Shown here piece by piece: positions 27,455-40,993 of a stretch of DNA of 64,000 nucleotides. The notes beneath the pieces were generated by a model. That model saw only the letters and a program-made list of their open reading frames with translations, searched no databases and was not told the DNA's origin. Source of the DNA: Octopus sinensis (lineage: Eukaryota); assembly GCF_006345805.1 (NCBI RefSeq), contig NC_043003.1:36766001-36830000 (forward strand). Direction: 5' to 3'. Made by a program: the position numbers and the translations under genes. Within the stretch, counting starts at the first letter, position 1. The number at the start of each line of letters is the position of its first letter.

Positions 27455-27712
27455 CCGTTCTTCATGAAATATGTATATAGAAAAAAATCAAAGTAGAAAA
27501 TGCTGAAATATTTTATGAAAAGCATTTCAGTACCGGTTTCGGTCATTGAGACTTTTTCAATTGTAAGTATGGAAAACAATTAAATTTGGGAAAAATTAAA
27601 TGTAATGTATTTTAAAAGAATATTTGCATAGTGTTCAAATACAAGGGGCATTTTTCTTGTTTCTGCCTGTCTCTGTCTCACTTGTTTACTCTTGTGGGTT
27701 CGAGGAATCTGT
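27455..27712 (-). mobile_element. pLTR-like dispersed repeat carrying a minimal hammerhead-like motif
   Basis: Homologous to 58655-58912. The minus strand reads TTGAAAA-AGTC-TCAAT-GACC-GAAAC-CG-GTA at 27525-27566. Confidence 0.7.
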
Positions 27713-27981
27713 GATTTCTTGACAGAGGAGGAGGAGAAGAAGAGAAGAAGAAGAAGAAGAAGAAGAAGAAGAAGAAGAAGAAGAAGAAGAAGAAGAAGAA
27801 TAAGAAGAAGAAGAAGAAGAAGAGGAAGGAGAAGAATGCGAGAGTGCTATGATAGTAGTAGGATGTTAAATGTTCAAATGGGGTAGTAGTTGATCAATAT
27901 CACGTGTATATATATATATATATAGATATACCTATTTCCAGTAACTACTGGTGCATTGTTGTAACACTATTCTATATTCCT

Positions 27982-28060
<79 letters not shown>

Positions 28061-28197
28061 ATGATATATTATTATGTAGTTATTGAATAAAAATGACTTT
28101 CATAGTTGCTCTTTCTCCGTAACTTATCAAGCCTTATCATTCATGTGCGCTAACAATAGTATCAGAGCGGTTTAGTTCTTATTTATACCAAAGTTTA

Positions 28198-28396
28198 GGT
28201 GGCGAGCTGGCAGGATCGTTAGCACGCTAAACAAAATGATTAGCGGCATTCTTTGCGTCTTAACGTTCTGAGTTCAAAATCCGCCGCAGCCGTCTTTGCC
28301 TTTCATCTTTTCATGATCGATAAAATAAGTACCAGTTGAAAACTCGACTTACCCTTTCCCACGAAGTTACTAACCTTGGGCTAAAATTTGAAACCA
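28198..28396 (+). mobile_element. SINE family B, full length
   Basis: GGCGAGCTGGCAGGATCGTTAGCACG head, GAGTTCAAAATCC B-box and family core. Confidence 0.85.
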
Positions 28397-28439
28397 ATAT
28401 ATATATATATATATATACTAACATTTTGATATATCCTTA

Positions 28440-29633
28440 CGAGGTCTCCGTACTAATTTGGCATTTAATCCACTTCAAAATAGTCCCCTTCGGAAGCCGC
28501 ACACTTAATCCAGCGCTATTTCCATTGATGGAATCATCCCTGGAACTCGTTCTCTGTGATAACCAGCAGTTACATTGTCACATTCACTTTGATTTCCTCG
28601 ACATACTGAATCTTCCTATCAAGCGGTATTTGAAAGAGGAAAAACAGGAAACAGTCGGAATGGGTGAGATCTGGGGAATACGATGGCTGTCGGACCCGAG
28701 GAATGCTGTGCCAAGCCAAGACCGCTGCACAAGCTGCGTTGAATAGGCAGGTGCGTTATCATAATGCAATTGCAACGCAGCGGACGTATGCAATTGTAGC
28801 CTTTTTCCGACGAACCGCATTCCGCAAACACATCAAAACGTCATGGTAGTAATTCTTGTTTACTGTCTGAGCAGTTGAAGCATGCTCATGATGTGCAATC
28901 CCCTTGTAGTCATGCGTTCTTCGGCCGCGGAGATTTTGGAGGTCTTCTACTGTGAATATTGGGCCTTTGTTTTGGGGCCATAGCCACGATTCGTCACCTG
29001 TTATGACCGTTTTGAAAAGGTTTTCACCGTTCTCGATACAATCAAGGAGATATTGTGTAACTGATATCCGAGTGTTTTTTTTTTTTTGGTCAACTGAAAG
29101 CAGGTTTGGCACAAACTTAGCAGACACGCGTCTCATACCTAAATCTTCACTGATAATGGACTGAACTGAACCTTAGCTAATCTGCACAACCTCTCATAAC
29201 TCCCGGATGGCGATTCGACGATTTCCCATCACAGCTGCACGCACATCTGCGATGTTTTTTTCTCAGTTCTGCTGATTGCGGGTCTCCCAGAACGTTTTGT
29301 CACTAGCGAAATTTTTTCCACCAACTTGGAAACGCCTCGATGACTCGTACACGTGTGTGGGGTTCATACACTCCTCTCGATATATTTTCTGCAATAATGC
29401 ATAGGCCTCTGAGCAGGTGTCACCAAGATTTTGGCAAATCTGATGCAGATTATCTGCTCCAGTTTCTCTCTCATGGTCAACACGCTACACACAATTTTTT
29501 CTAGCACTGCCGTAAAGACCCATAGTGAGCTACACAGCAGAGTTTAAGGTCAATCTGTGTCAAGCGACTTTACTCTGCGTGCTTTAGGTGCGTTACTATG
29601 CCAACTGTCCTGATACTTATTTATCAAACCACG
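28440..29633 (-). mobile_element. Mariner DNA transposon relic (about 1.2 kb, TA on both sides)
   Basis: Minus-strand MRRVSAKFVP..ITGDESW, LHYDNAPAY and YSPDLTHSDCFLF-like motifs (mariner D,D34D transposase). Frameshifted. Confidence 0.9.
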
Positions 29634-29680
29634 TACAAACACACACGCACACACATATGTATACATATATATATATATAT

Positions 29681-29728
<48 letters not shown>

Positions 29729-29733
<5 letters not shown>

Positions 29734-29850
29734 AATAAGAAAATGGAGGGGATCAATAGGTGGTATTCATCAACTTTTAGACATTATATTATCTCTGTCT
29801 AAAAGTTGATGAATACCACCTACTGATCGCCTCCATTTTCTTATTGCTCT
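29729..29850. repeat. Long inverted repeat (55-bp arms, 12-nt loop)
   Basis: 29729-29783 is the reverse complement of 29796-29850 with two mismatches. Confidence 0.95.
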
Positions 29851-30015
29851 ATAAAATAAAATAACTTTTACCCTACCCATTTATTACACTCGGTAATGTA
29901 ATTGCAATGCAATGAAAAGAACACTTGTGTATTAATAAGTGGGTATTCTACCAGCAGTATATTGGATAGATATTATCCTTTAGTTGGTTGGATTCACAAC
30001 CTCTAACTTCTTGGA

Positions 30016-30052
<37 letters not shown>

Positions 30053-30064
30053 ATAATGTCAATC

Positions 30065-30094
<30 letters not shown>

Positions 30095-30103
<9 letters not shown>

Positions 30104-30385
30104 TTTTTACTTGTTTCAGTCATTAGACTACAGCCATGCTGGGACACCGCCTTGAAAGATTTTAGTCGAATGAATCGTCCCAAGTTCATTTTTTTAAAGT
30201 CTGGTACCTATGCCATCGGTCAATTTTTGCCGAACCTTTAACTTACGGGACGTAAAAACACCAACACCGGTTCTCTAATGGTGGGGTCACGGACAAACAC
30301 AGACATAAAAACACACACAAACAGATATAAATATATGAACCCGGAACTATGTTGTTCTTACCACACGGCCACACAGATAGATTAT
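30095..30385 (-). mobile_element. SINE family A, diverged
   Basis: TACTTGTTTCAGTCATTAGAC..GCCATGCTGG..TTTTGCCGAACC..GGGACGTAAAAACACCAAC. Confidence 0.75.
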
Positions 30386-30829
30386 TAATGCCCCGGGTCA
30401 TTCGTTTAGCCACGTCCATGCTCACTTAAGAAAACCTCCGTATACTTGTTTCTACTTTATGTATGAATGCACACCTGGACCTGGAACTAAGTTATCAGGT
30501 GAAAGTCGACATTTTTAATGAAGAAACTGTAAATAGAGAATTAAAAATGTAATTGCTTTTATTGTTATTACGCTCTAAGGAAAAGATACTTTACTATACG
30601 TAGTTAAGCCAATTTCTTTTATAACACCTGAAAACACATTAAATGGCTACTTCATTTATAAACGCCATTAAGTGAAAAATTCGAACGAAAACAAATACGC
30701 TTAACTGTAAGGAGAGGAGAAAAGAAGACGATGTCTTTCTCCTTGCAGAATACTTTCTTTCACAGCAAGAAACAAATAATTACTTTCTGTAAATAACATC
30801 ATTTTGAACAACATAAATGTCACAAATAA

Positions 30830-31020
30830 TTGTTTTGATTTAAGCACAATTTTGAAGGGAAGAATTTATTGATAACCTCGACACTAATTTTAGCCTGGTA
30901 CTTCATTTTAGTGACACCTGAGATGTGAAAAGCTAAATAGTCCTCGAAAGAATTCGAACGCAGAATGTGTAGATCGGGAAGAAACACCACAAAGTGTTAC
31001 TTCCGACGCTATTGATTCAA
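30830..31020 (-). mobile_element. SINE family B, old diverged copy
   Basis: CCTGGTACTTCATTTTAGTGACACC..GAATTCGAACGCAGAATGT resembles the family B reverse complement. Confidence 0.5.
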
Positions 31021-31042
31021 CAAGCAAACTATATCAAATGGC

Positions 31043-31426
31043 GGAGGCGCAATGGCCCAGTGGTTAGGGCAGCGGACTCGCGGTCGTAGGATCGCGGTTT
31101 CGATTCCCAGACCGGGCGTTGTGAGTGTTTATTGAGCGAAAACACTTAAGCTCCACGATGCTCCGGCAAAGATGGTGGTGATCCCTGCTGTACTCTTTCA
31201 CCACAACTTTCTTTCACTCTTACTTCCTGTTTCTGTTGTACCTGTATTTCAAAGGGCCGGCCTTGTCACTCTGTGTCACGCTGAATATCCCCGAGAACTA
31301 CGTTAAGGGTACACGTGTCTGTGGAGTGCTCAGCCACTTGCACGTTAATTTCACGAGCAGGCTGTTCCGTTGATCGGATCAACCGGAACACTCGTCGTCG
31401 TAACCGACGGAGTGCTACCATTCCAT
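31043..31426 (+). mobile_element. tRNA-derived SINE family C, full length with 12-bp target-site duplication
   Basis: A-box TGGCCCAGTGG and B-box GTTTCGATTCC. ATATCAAATGGC is repeated at 31031-31042 and 31427-31438. Confidence 0.92.
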
Positions 31427-31554
31427 ATATCAAATGGCACAAATAACACTGTATAACACGATTATTGTCCTTCGATAGCTACTGTTACTTCCTACTTGCT
31501 TATCCTTAGAAGGTGTTAAATACGTATACTATTTTCTTCAAACTTTGCTTTTGC

Positions 31555-31720
31555 TACATTTATTCAAACCCCAAAGAATCCCTCTCAACATATGGCTACT
31601 ATACCCACCAACTATTCCTGTTCATGAGCAGAGATGTATATATTGTCAGCCACTAAGGGGCATGCTCAAGTGGTTATGGACAAGCAACTAACAAGCAGAA
31701 TATTTGCTATAACGATATTT
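31555..31720 (-). mobile_element. Dispersed repeat family D, partial
   Basis: Reverse complement matches 39100-39260 (GAGCATGTCC..AGTGGCTGACAATAT..CATCTCTG). Confidence 0.7.
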
Positions 31721-33234
31721 CTGTTTCAGTAACTCAGCGTTGAGTCTGAAATGTAATGGAAAAGAGGTCAGTTTAAAGTCCAAGTCAGACATGCAGAGTT
31801 TGAAGCGAATAGTAGTCATTTCCTTTGATTCTAGATGGAAGCAAATGGAAAATAGCACTTATTGACCAAACAAAAAGAAATAAATGAATATTTTTTTTTT
31901 ACACAGTGTAATGATAAGAAAATATGTGGTGCAATAACAAACACAAACACTTTTCGTCAAACAAACGGATAATTATGGACTTAGAACAATAAATCAGAAT
32001 AAGCTTTCAAGCCTTTTATCTTTTCCTGAAGAAAACGCACAAGCTGAGAGAATAACCAGGCCACCAACAAAATGTGTATGTCTTGGAGACTACTGTTTCA
32101 ATATTATGTCACTGCCTACATCGCTTCATTCTCAGGCTCAAGATTCGAACAGGAAGCCGATGGACACATGCCCCGATTTTAATAAGAATCAGCCCAGCAG
32201 CCTTTCAAAAATGAGAACCCGCTGAAAGAAAAGGCGAACACATTATTTTTTCCTGGGACTAAAAGAAACTTACAGTACATCGCAAAGGAAAAAAGACGAA
32301 GTACTGAGAGAGCTACGGAACCAAGTATTAAAAAACAGGAAGGTGCAGTAAGGTACTTCTTGAGACGGAAGAACGTTCCAGTTTTGTAGAGCACTCGAAT
32401 AATTGAATGCTAATGATAGCAATGCAAAAGCTTCAGTACTTTTCTCATCGGCGTAGGTTTACTGAACGCAGCTAGTGAATTTGATCTAACTTAAAGGATT
32501 GCTCTCGTCTAAACTCGCAGCTGTTTTCTCACCGGTGAGTGGTTGTTTCCAAAATTGAGCTCCATACTTTCATAGTCAAATAATGAAAAGGAAAATACTT
32601 AATAGAATTTTTTTATTAGATATTTAATTAAAAATTAATACACAACGTTTAATAATTTTATGATAACATAATTTTAAAATAAAAATGTTAATTAAAAAAA
32701 TTTTTAAAAACACCAAACTAAAAACAACTATTTTAAGTACCGTCACATATTTGTTATATTTTAATTGATATCCACATTTAATATGTTGGCAGTCTTTCAT
32801 GTGTATATAACTTTCTTGTTTCCCTTATATCACATTCGTAACATCTCTGCCTAGGATTACCTTATTATATGTGGTGGCCGTGGATTTACAGAATCATAAA
32901 ACAAACCGACAAACATGTCCTGCAGTATTTCATTACAGCTCTGTGCGATCTGAGTTCAACTTTATATTTTATCCATTCCAGGTCAATAAAATAATAAAAC
33001 ACCAATCAATTACTCAGCTCAGTGGACTCGACTAAAAGTGCTGGCCTTGAGCAAAAATTAAAAAGATTATTTGTTCTTGTTGTACATGCTTCGGCAGTAT
33101 ATATACTAAAATTACACTCATTTCCCTTTAGTTTTATTTTCTCAACTATAAGAAACTGAAGTTTTATATATTTTTGTCCCCTACGTTGTTGTAGGGATGT
33201 CATGTCTATAAATGCTGAATTCCATCATTGTGAC

Positions 33235-33620
33235 TTGGCGGAATCGTTAGCACGCCGGGCGAAATACTTTGCGACATTTTGGCCGTCTCTACTTTCTAAG
33301 TTCAAATTCCGCCGCGGCCGATTTTGTCTTTCACCCTTTCAGGTTGATAAAATAAGTACCAGACGAGTACTAGGGTCAATGTAAACGACTTCACCTGCCA
33401 CTAATATGGTTGTGTTCGTGCTAAAAATTGAAAACATCATTACGTCGTCCGGCAGGACAAAATGCTTAGTGGCATTCCTTCCAGCTGTACGTTCTGAGTT
33501 CAAATTCTGCCGGGGTGAACTATGCCTTTCATCCTTTCAGGGTCGATAAAATAAGTACAAGTCGAGGACTAGTCTCTTCCCCCCAAAGTTCAGGCCTTGT
33601 GCCTATAGTACAAAGGATTA
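33235..33620 (+). mobile_element. Two adjacent SINE family B copies (33235-33430 and 33450-33620)
   Basis: Each has GAGTTCAAATTC and CTTTCA(T/C)CCTTTCAGG(G/T)T(C/T)GATAAAATAAGTAC. Confidence 0.8.
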
Positions 33621-35384
33621 TCAGTAGTAGTACCATTAGTACAGCAGGTAGTAGTAGTATGTTTGTTATTAATGCTGTGTTCGTTATTATTAATAATCAT
33701 CATTAACATCGTCTTCATCGTTATTCATATGATTTCAATTGTCAAATTAAGGATATGTTTCAGTACCACGCCAGGCGCAGTTTCGTCTGATTTTAAAAGT
33801 TCAGTGATTTTTGTTCGCTTTTCCTCTGTGTAAAATAAGATACGTATAGTGTCTTATTAGTATCAATATTGTAAGTTATAGAGAAGTATATCCAAAAGTT
33901 AGAAGGTAATCGATCAAAATATTGGGTATTGTTTCATTATGTCGAAATTGAATTTACCTTCCAATCCTTCAGGGTCAGAAATATAAAAAGACGTCTAGTA
34001 CAGGGGTCAAATAAATCGACTGCTCACTTCCTTATGTTTTTGTTTAGTCTTGTGACGATGTTACAAATCAATATTACTATTAAAGCTAAGGGGGCAATGG
34101 ATACTAAATCGATAGAACTCCACACAAAAAAGAACTTGATATATTTGGTTACATAGTTTGTATTAAGAGAGTTCATCCCCTGCCAGGGCTGACTCTGTCT
34201 TTCATACCATCAGGATCGATAACGTAAGAATTAGCATTATACTTGGTGCTTACTGACTCTGCCAACGACCTCTCCTATAATACTTGACCTTGTGTCAGAA
34301 AATGAAATCAATATCGTTGTTGTTGATGAGTGTTTATAAAAGTTCTCACATAATTTATGCAAATATCTCAATTTATACCAGTTGCAGTGTTAGATGTACT
34401 CTTAGTACTTGAAGAAATAATCGTAATAGTATTAGTATCGTATTTACTGTACCTTTGTTTAATGAACGTAATAGATATAATTATTGCTTTCCCAAGATCA
34501 AAAGCTCTTTTGCTTTTTTTTTTTTTTTTGCTTTTCGACAAAACAAGAACAAACACTAAATTTGAAAGAACCTAAAATATTCCAAAGTCACATTTTTAAA
34601 CACAGATGAAATGAAACTCTGGTTTACAGGAATGCAATAATTGGTTGTGAGATACATTGGATATTGAAAGATGAGAATAAAATTTAGAAAACATCACAGA
34701 CATTAGCCATGCTCTTAACTCCGGACTTGAGGGAGTTAAACACAAGACAAATAAATAATCACATATAAAGAAGAATGGTTCTTTTCCAATTATAGGAAAA
34801 AAAAAACATGAAGTAAACCATAGCAGCATTAAAATCATGGTTAGGACCATTGAGAGACAAAGTGAAAACATTGAAATTAAACGTAAATTTACCTGACCTT
34901 AGCGAGTTTATTCTTAACGGACCTTTCAAAATGAATTATCTACCATTATTTTTTCTACGACGGAATTAATATAAGTAAGTTACATAGAACGTACTTGGCA
35001 TTTTTTATAAAGACGTAATGATCAACACAAAAGATCGTTCTGTCATTTCCTCTTGTAATAAAAGGCCACGAAACTTTTGAAGCGTATTTGCATATCAGGG
35101 AGTAAAAAAGAGACAACTGTAAAATGATGGTTAGGTTTTATAAAAGAAAGGGATTTAAGAACATTGCAACATGTTGCCGAGAAACCTCACATCACGACCA
35201 CCTACACCAATATTCGAAATGTAGAGAAAAATAATTTCGTTACAGGACCACCGGGAGCATGAAATATGTCAATTCATTCTTTTTTCAAGTCACTGGGATA
35301 ATACGGTTTTCATTTATATGTACTGGTGAGGATTTATTTATATGTACCGGAGTTACGTATCTATATACAGATGTTCGTGTACAA

Positions 35385-35802
35385 ATACATATCTCTCTTT
35401 TACTCTTTTACTTGTTTCAGTCATTTGACTGCGGCCATACTGGAGCACCGCCTTTGGTCGAGCAAATCGACCCCGGGACTTATTCTTTGTAAGCCCAGTA
35501 CTTATTCTATCGGTCTCTTTTGCCGAACCGCTAAGTGACGGGGACGTAAACACACCAGCATCGGTTGTCAAGCAATGCTTGGGGGACAAACACAGACACA
35601 CAAACACACATATATATATATATATATATATACATATATACGACAGGCTTCTTTCAGTTTCCGTCTGCCAAATCCACTCACAAGGCATTGGTCGGCCCGG
35701 GGCTATATCAGAAGACACTTGCCCAAGATGCCACGCAGTGGGACTGAACCCGCAACCATGTGGTTGGTTAGCAAGCTACTTACCACACAGCCACTCCTGC
35801 GC
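35385..35802 (-). mobile_element. SINE family A, full length
   Basis: Complete from the GGCGCAGGAGTGGCTGTGTGG head to the (GAGTAAAA)n tail. Confidence 0.92.
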
Positions 35803-35845
35803 CAATATGTATATTATATATGCATATTATATTTATTATTCATAG

Positions 35846-36225
35846 CCGCAGGCGTGATTGTGTGGTAAGAAGCTGGCTTCCGAACCACATGATTCCGGGT
35901 TCAGTCCCACTGTGTAGCACCTTGGGCAAGTGTCTTCTACTACATCTTCGGACCAACCAAAGCCTTGTGATTGGATTTGGAAGGCGGAAACTAAAAGGAA
36001 CCCGTCGTATATATATAAAGGTGTATATGTTTATATCTCTTGTTTGACCCTCACTGTCACTTGACGACCGATGTTGGGGTGATTACGTCACCGTAACTTA
36101 GCGCAAAAGCGACCGATAGAATAAGTACTAGGCGTACAAAGAATGAGCCCTGGGGTCGATTTGTTCGACTAAACGGCGGTGCTCCAGCATGGCCGCAATC
36201 AAATGACTGTAACAAGCAAAAAGAA
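35846..36225 (+). mobile_element. SINE family A, full length, diverged, head-to-head with 35385-35802
   Basis: GCAGGCGTGATTGTGTGG head, GGTTCAGTCCC, CTTGGGCAAGTG and family tail. A third 3' fragment lies on the minus strand at about 36385-36482. Confidence 0.88.
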
Positions 36226-36505
36226 AAAATTTATGTATATATATATATGTGTGTACACATATATACATATATACATATATATATAAATATATATACATAT
36301 ATGCGCGCGTATGATGTATGTATGTATATATGTATGTATGTGTACACACATATATATATGTATACATACATTTTTCTCTTTTAGTATATTTTAGTATATT
36401 TTGCTTGCATTTGATTGCGGCTATGCTGGAGCACCGCCGTTTAATCGAACAAATCGACCCCAGGGCTCATTATTTGTACGCCTATATATATATATATTAT
36501 ATATA

Positions 36506-36598
<93 letters not shown>

Positions 36599-36663
36599 AT
36601 ATGGATACAGAGACATGTGTACGTGTATGTGCATATATGTATCTATATATAAGTACATATATT

Positions 36664-37335
36664 TAGGTTAGTTAAAATATGTTTGACACTTCAAATGCTA
36701 AAAGGCAAATCTAATGAAGCTAACGGGAAAATATCTCTCTTATGGTAAAAGGTGTGAAAACAACCGATTTGTTCAGTGTCACCATCTATCAGGAAACCCA
36801 GACATCGATCCTTCAAGTTTATTGTACTAAAGAGAGATAACTCTTACACACATTTTACCATAGGAAAGATATTTTCTCCCCGGCAATTGCAATGTATTTT
36901 TTTTTAATAGTTGAAATATGTCACAAGATATTTTAACTAACCTAAATTTCGCTTATGCCTAAACTCTGTTTGTCACTAACATTTCATTATTTTCCTCGAT
37001 CGGACGATATACCAGCACAAATCAGTCGACGTTGTTGACTGAATTATACTTCTAAGTTTCTTCAGAAACCTCTTGTTTTCTAAGTTTGTCTCTCTTAGTG
37101 ATATCCCCTTGGCAAGATTCAATAAACTCGAAACATCGATGTCTGGGATTCCTGATAGATGTTAACGCTGAACAAACCGGGTGTTTTCACACCTTTTACC
37201 ATAAGAGAAATATCTTCTCCACGGTAACTGCAGTGTATTTGTTTTTAGCAGTTGAAATATGTCACAAACATATTCTTACTAATCTAAATTTTGCTTATGC
37301 CTGAACACTGCTTTGCGCTAACATTTCATTAAGTA
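36664..37335. repeat. Fold-back repeat (MITE-like): one inverted and two direct copies of a 150-200-bp unit, flanked by (TA)n
   Basis: 36664-36840 is the reverse complement of about 37085-37290. 36845-36990 is a direct copy of about 37185-37330. Confidence 0.75.
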
Positions 37336-37932
37336 CATATATATTTACATTAAATATATATATATGTGTGTGTGTGCATGCATGTATGTATGTGTGACTA
37401 TGTACGTATGTATGCATAGAAATATGTGTTGGTTATACGAACTCTAAGAGCTGAATTGTGGTTGTAAACATGATACTCCGGTGATCTGATGAGCTTGTTT
37501 TCTTTTTCTGAATTAATTCTTGAATATACAAGTTCATTGTATAATGCTGAACATACCTATGAATGCAAACTTATACGCTTCATTTTTTCCATACTGAAAT
37601 TGGTAAAACATGGAGAGGTTGGACAATGACCGTAATTCTAAGACGGTCATGTGGTTAAATAGATATATTTTCAACTCTCATTTCTTTTAACATTATTGTT
37701 TTATATGCTTATCATGAAATAATTTCAGCTATACGATCTTCTGGATTTTCGCTTACAAGGAAACTATACATTACGCTTGTTTTTAAGTAAGTGGGCTGAT
37801 AGCCAACTCCGTAAGGGGAGCTTTCTGTAATAGCTGCGCGATTCTTTGAATCTGCATTTTATATATACGTGTGTGTGTGTGTTTATATATATTTGTATAT
37901 ATACATACATATATTGTAATTAAATTTATGTA

Positions 37933-38823
37933 CGTTGTCTCATCAATAAGTTTCCGAACTGTTGCCATAGTAACTAACTTAAAGTGCATAAAGTGAAGCG
38001 ACTCGGCACAGACCGAACTTGAAATCTGCTGTGCACGGGCACTAAGTTTTAACATGCTAGTTCACTCCTGCTGTTTACAGCAGTGCTTCGAAGGAACGTT
38101 TGTAGCGTGTGATCGTCGCATTGACCATAACAGAGAAAGTTGAACAGATAATCAGCATCAAATTTAGCCAAAAGTTTGACGATACTTGCTCAGAGGCCTA
38201 CACAAAGTTTTCAAAAAGGTTTCATCGCTCTAGTCACAATAAAGGAGCTCTTGTGCAACTGAAACACGAGTGTATTTTTAGTCAGCTGAAAGCAGTTTTC
38301 GCACAAGCTTGGTAGGCACGCGTCTCATACCCAAATCTTCACTGATTATGGACCGAAGTGTAACAAATCTGCACATCTTCTGATAACTTACGGGTGGTGA
38401 TTCGACGATTTCCCTTCAGAGCAGCACGCATATCTGCAACGTTTTTCTCAGTTCTGCTGGTTGTGGGTCTCCTGGAACGTTCGTCACTTTCGACATTTTT
38501 TTTTGCCATCTTGGAAACGTTCCAACTACTCGTGCATTTGTATGCAGCTCATATACTCCTCGCCATAAATTTTCTGCAATTTTGCGAAGGCCTTTGAGCG
38601 GGTGTCGCTATGACAACTTCCTCCTTCATGGTCAATGCGATGATGACATTCTATATACACTAATCACAAGCATTGCTGTAAACAGTGGAAGTGAGCTAGA
38701 ACGTAAAAACTCTGTGCGCATACACAGCAGAGTTCAAGGTTAATCTTTGCCAAGCAGCTTTAAGCTGCATGCTTTAGCTTCGTTACTATAGCAACAGTCC
38801 GAATATTTATTGAGTAGATCTCG
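37933..38823. mobile_element. Mariner derivative made of two convergent 5' ends
   Basis: The + strand has TIR plus ITEKVEQIISIKFSQKFDDTCSEAYTK. The - strand has TIR plus ESDERSRRPTTSRTEKNVADM..RRITTRKL. TA flanks both ends. Confidence 0.85.
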
Positions 38824-38869
38824 TATATATAAATATTCATACATACACGCGCGCGCGTACACATACATG

Positions 38870-38937
<68 letters not shown>

Positions 38938-39019
38938 CATTTATGCACATTTATGTACATTGATATATAAACGCAAACAGGAACACGGCGACAGATATAC
39001 GCAGGCATGCCCTGATGCA

Positions 39020-39490
39020 GTATCAAGCAGTGGCTCTCATGGCTTCTGATCTTAAATAATCAGAAATGTTATCATGTACGTTGTTTTGTCTTGGTATCAA
39101 AGATGGGCTGCAGCTCAATACTACATATTTGCTTGTCAGTTGTTTGACCGTAACCAGTTGAGCATGTCCTTTGGTGGCTGACAATATGTGCATCTCTGAT
39201 CACGTGCAGAAGTAGTGGGGGAGCACCATGGACATGTGCTGAGAAGAATTCTTTCGAAATTCATTCAACATACTTAAACGACCTTATTCAAGGGCCGTTT
39301 GAGTGGGATGGGCTGCTCGACCTGAAGAAAACTACACCTGTAAGGTCATGCGCTGTTTATCATATGAGATCACCATGTCACGCACATATGGTTGTGATGC
39401 ATGTTCACGGTGTATCCTTATCAGACGCTTCGTCATGATGGGCATATTTGGCTTCGTATATTTTACCCCAGTGTCAATTTGATGGCACAT
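39020..39490 (+). mobile_element. Dispersed repeat family D (SINE-like)
   Basis: A second partial copy lies at 31555-31720. The sequence AGCAGTGGCTCTCATGGCTTCTGATC...TATTTTACCCCAGTGTC is recalled as a common octopus repeat. Confidence 0.7.
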
Positions 39491-39506
39491 ACATACGAAT
39501 ACATTT

Positions 39507-39592
<86 letters not shown>

Positions 39593-39736
39593 CAGATAGA
39601 TAAATCCGTGTACACTTGCGTATACATGTATATTTATGTATGTAGAAGTGGGAAGTAGTAAATAAATTTATATATACACCTACCTATACATTTCGTATAC
39701 ACAGTTCTTATATGTCTTTCAGTCTACATATAAACA

Positions 39737-39790
<54 letters not shown>

Positions 39791-40885
39791 CATATACGTT
39801 TGTGCGCATACGTATTGCGTGTATTAACCTACGTACATCAATGTATGCCATTGTGTGTGCGAGTGTGTATGCCTGTGTAGTATTTGTATATGTATGTCCT
39901 GGGGCTTATGTCTATGTCCCTTTCTCCGTGTTCGTCCCAGCCCTGTAATGATTGATCGAATACTTAAGCGAAACATATTGCAAACAATTACATTTATAAT
40001 TGAACAAGACATAATCAAATATATTTTCGTAATATTTCTTTTCACAGTTCTTCTCGCAAACCACCAAATGCGTGAATTGTGTTTGCCATTTGACCATACT
40101 TGTCAAGATTATGTCCACTGATATTTAGATGTATGCAAATGGTCTGAAATAGTGTGAGCCGTTTACAAACTTGCGAACATTAGTACTGTAACAATACTTA
40201 TTACGATATTACACTATTTATGACAGTTGATATAGCTTTCCAGTATTCGTTTCTGTCGGTCAGCTGAGACGGTTCACACCTTTCTGTTACTAAAATTTGT
40301 TTGTCCTATTCTACGGTAAATACAGAACTTGTTTTATCGTACGAATCTTTATCACGCTAATGAAAGTTGGAGTAAAATATCCAGTTTGTGATACCGGTAT
40401 TTGGATACAGAGAATGAAATGTCTTAGCCTTCAGTGACACGACGGAGTAACAATTAAAACAAATACGTTCTTTTACTTCTATTTGATTACTACTCGGTTT
40501 CAGAAAAATGACGACCCTTTCAGAGTATCGAAATCGCAGTGTGATTTCGAATGCGCTGAAGGTATTTTGATTCCATTAAGAAGCTAGTGTCATTAGCGTA
40601 AAAATCGTGTGTACGTACAATTTGCTTATTTAACGGATATACGTTATCTTGTGCTACCTTAAAACATACGAATATCTGATTTAATATTTAGGCTCTTGAA
40701 TTGATGCCTACTTAAATTGTGTAAAGCATTCTCTTACCTCTTACTTCATACTTCGGCAAGACATAACCTTCATTTTACACCAAGTAAAAGCTAAATTTTA
40801 AGTATTTTTTGCCGAGCCGCTAGGTGACGGGGACGTAAACACACCAACATCGGTCATCAAGCGATGGTAGGGGCACTGACATACA

Positions 40886-40932
<47 letters not shown>

Positions 40933-40949
40933 CATATATATATATATAC

Positions 40950-40993
<44 letters not shown>

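Noticed and set aside
31043-31120. tRNA gene (also 21778-21850)
   Set aside because: A and B boxes are present but the cloverleaf is incomplete. The head continues into a shared SINE body, with a TSD at the 31-kb copy.
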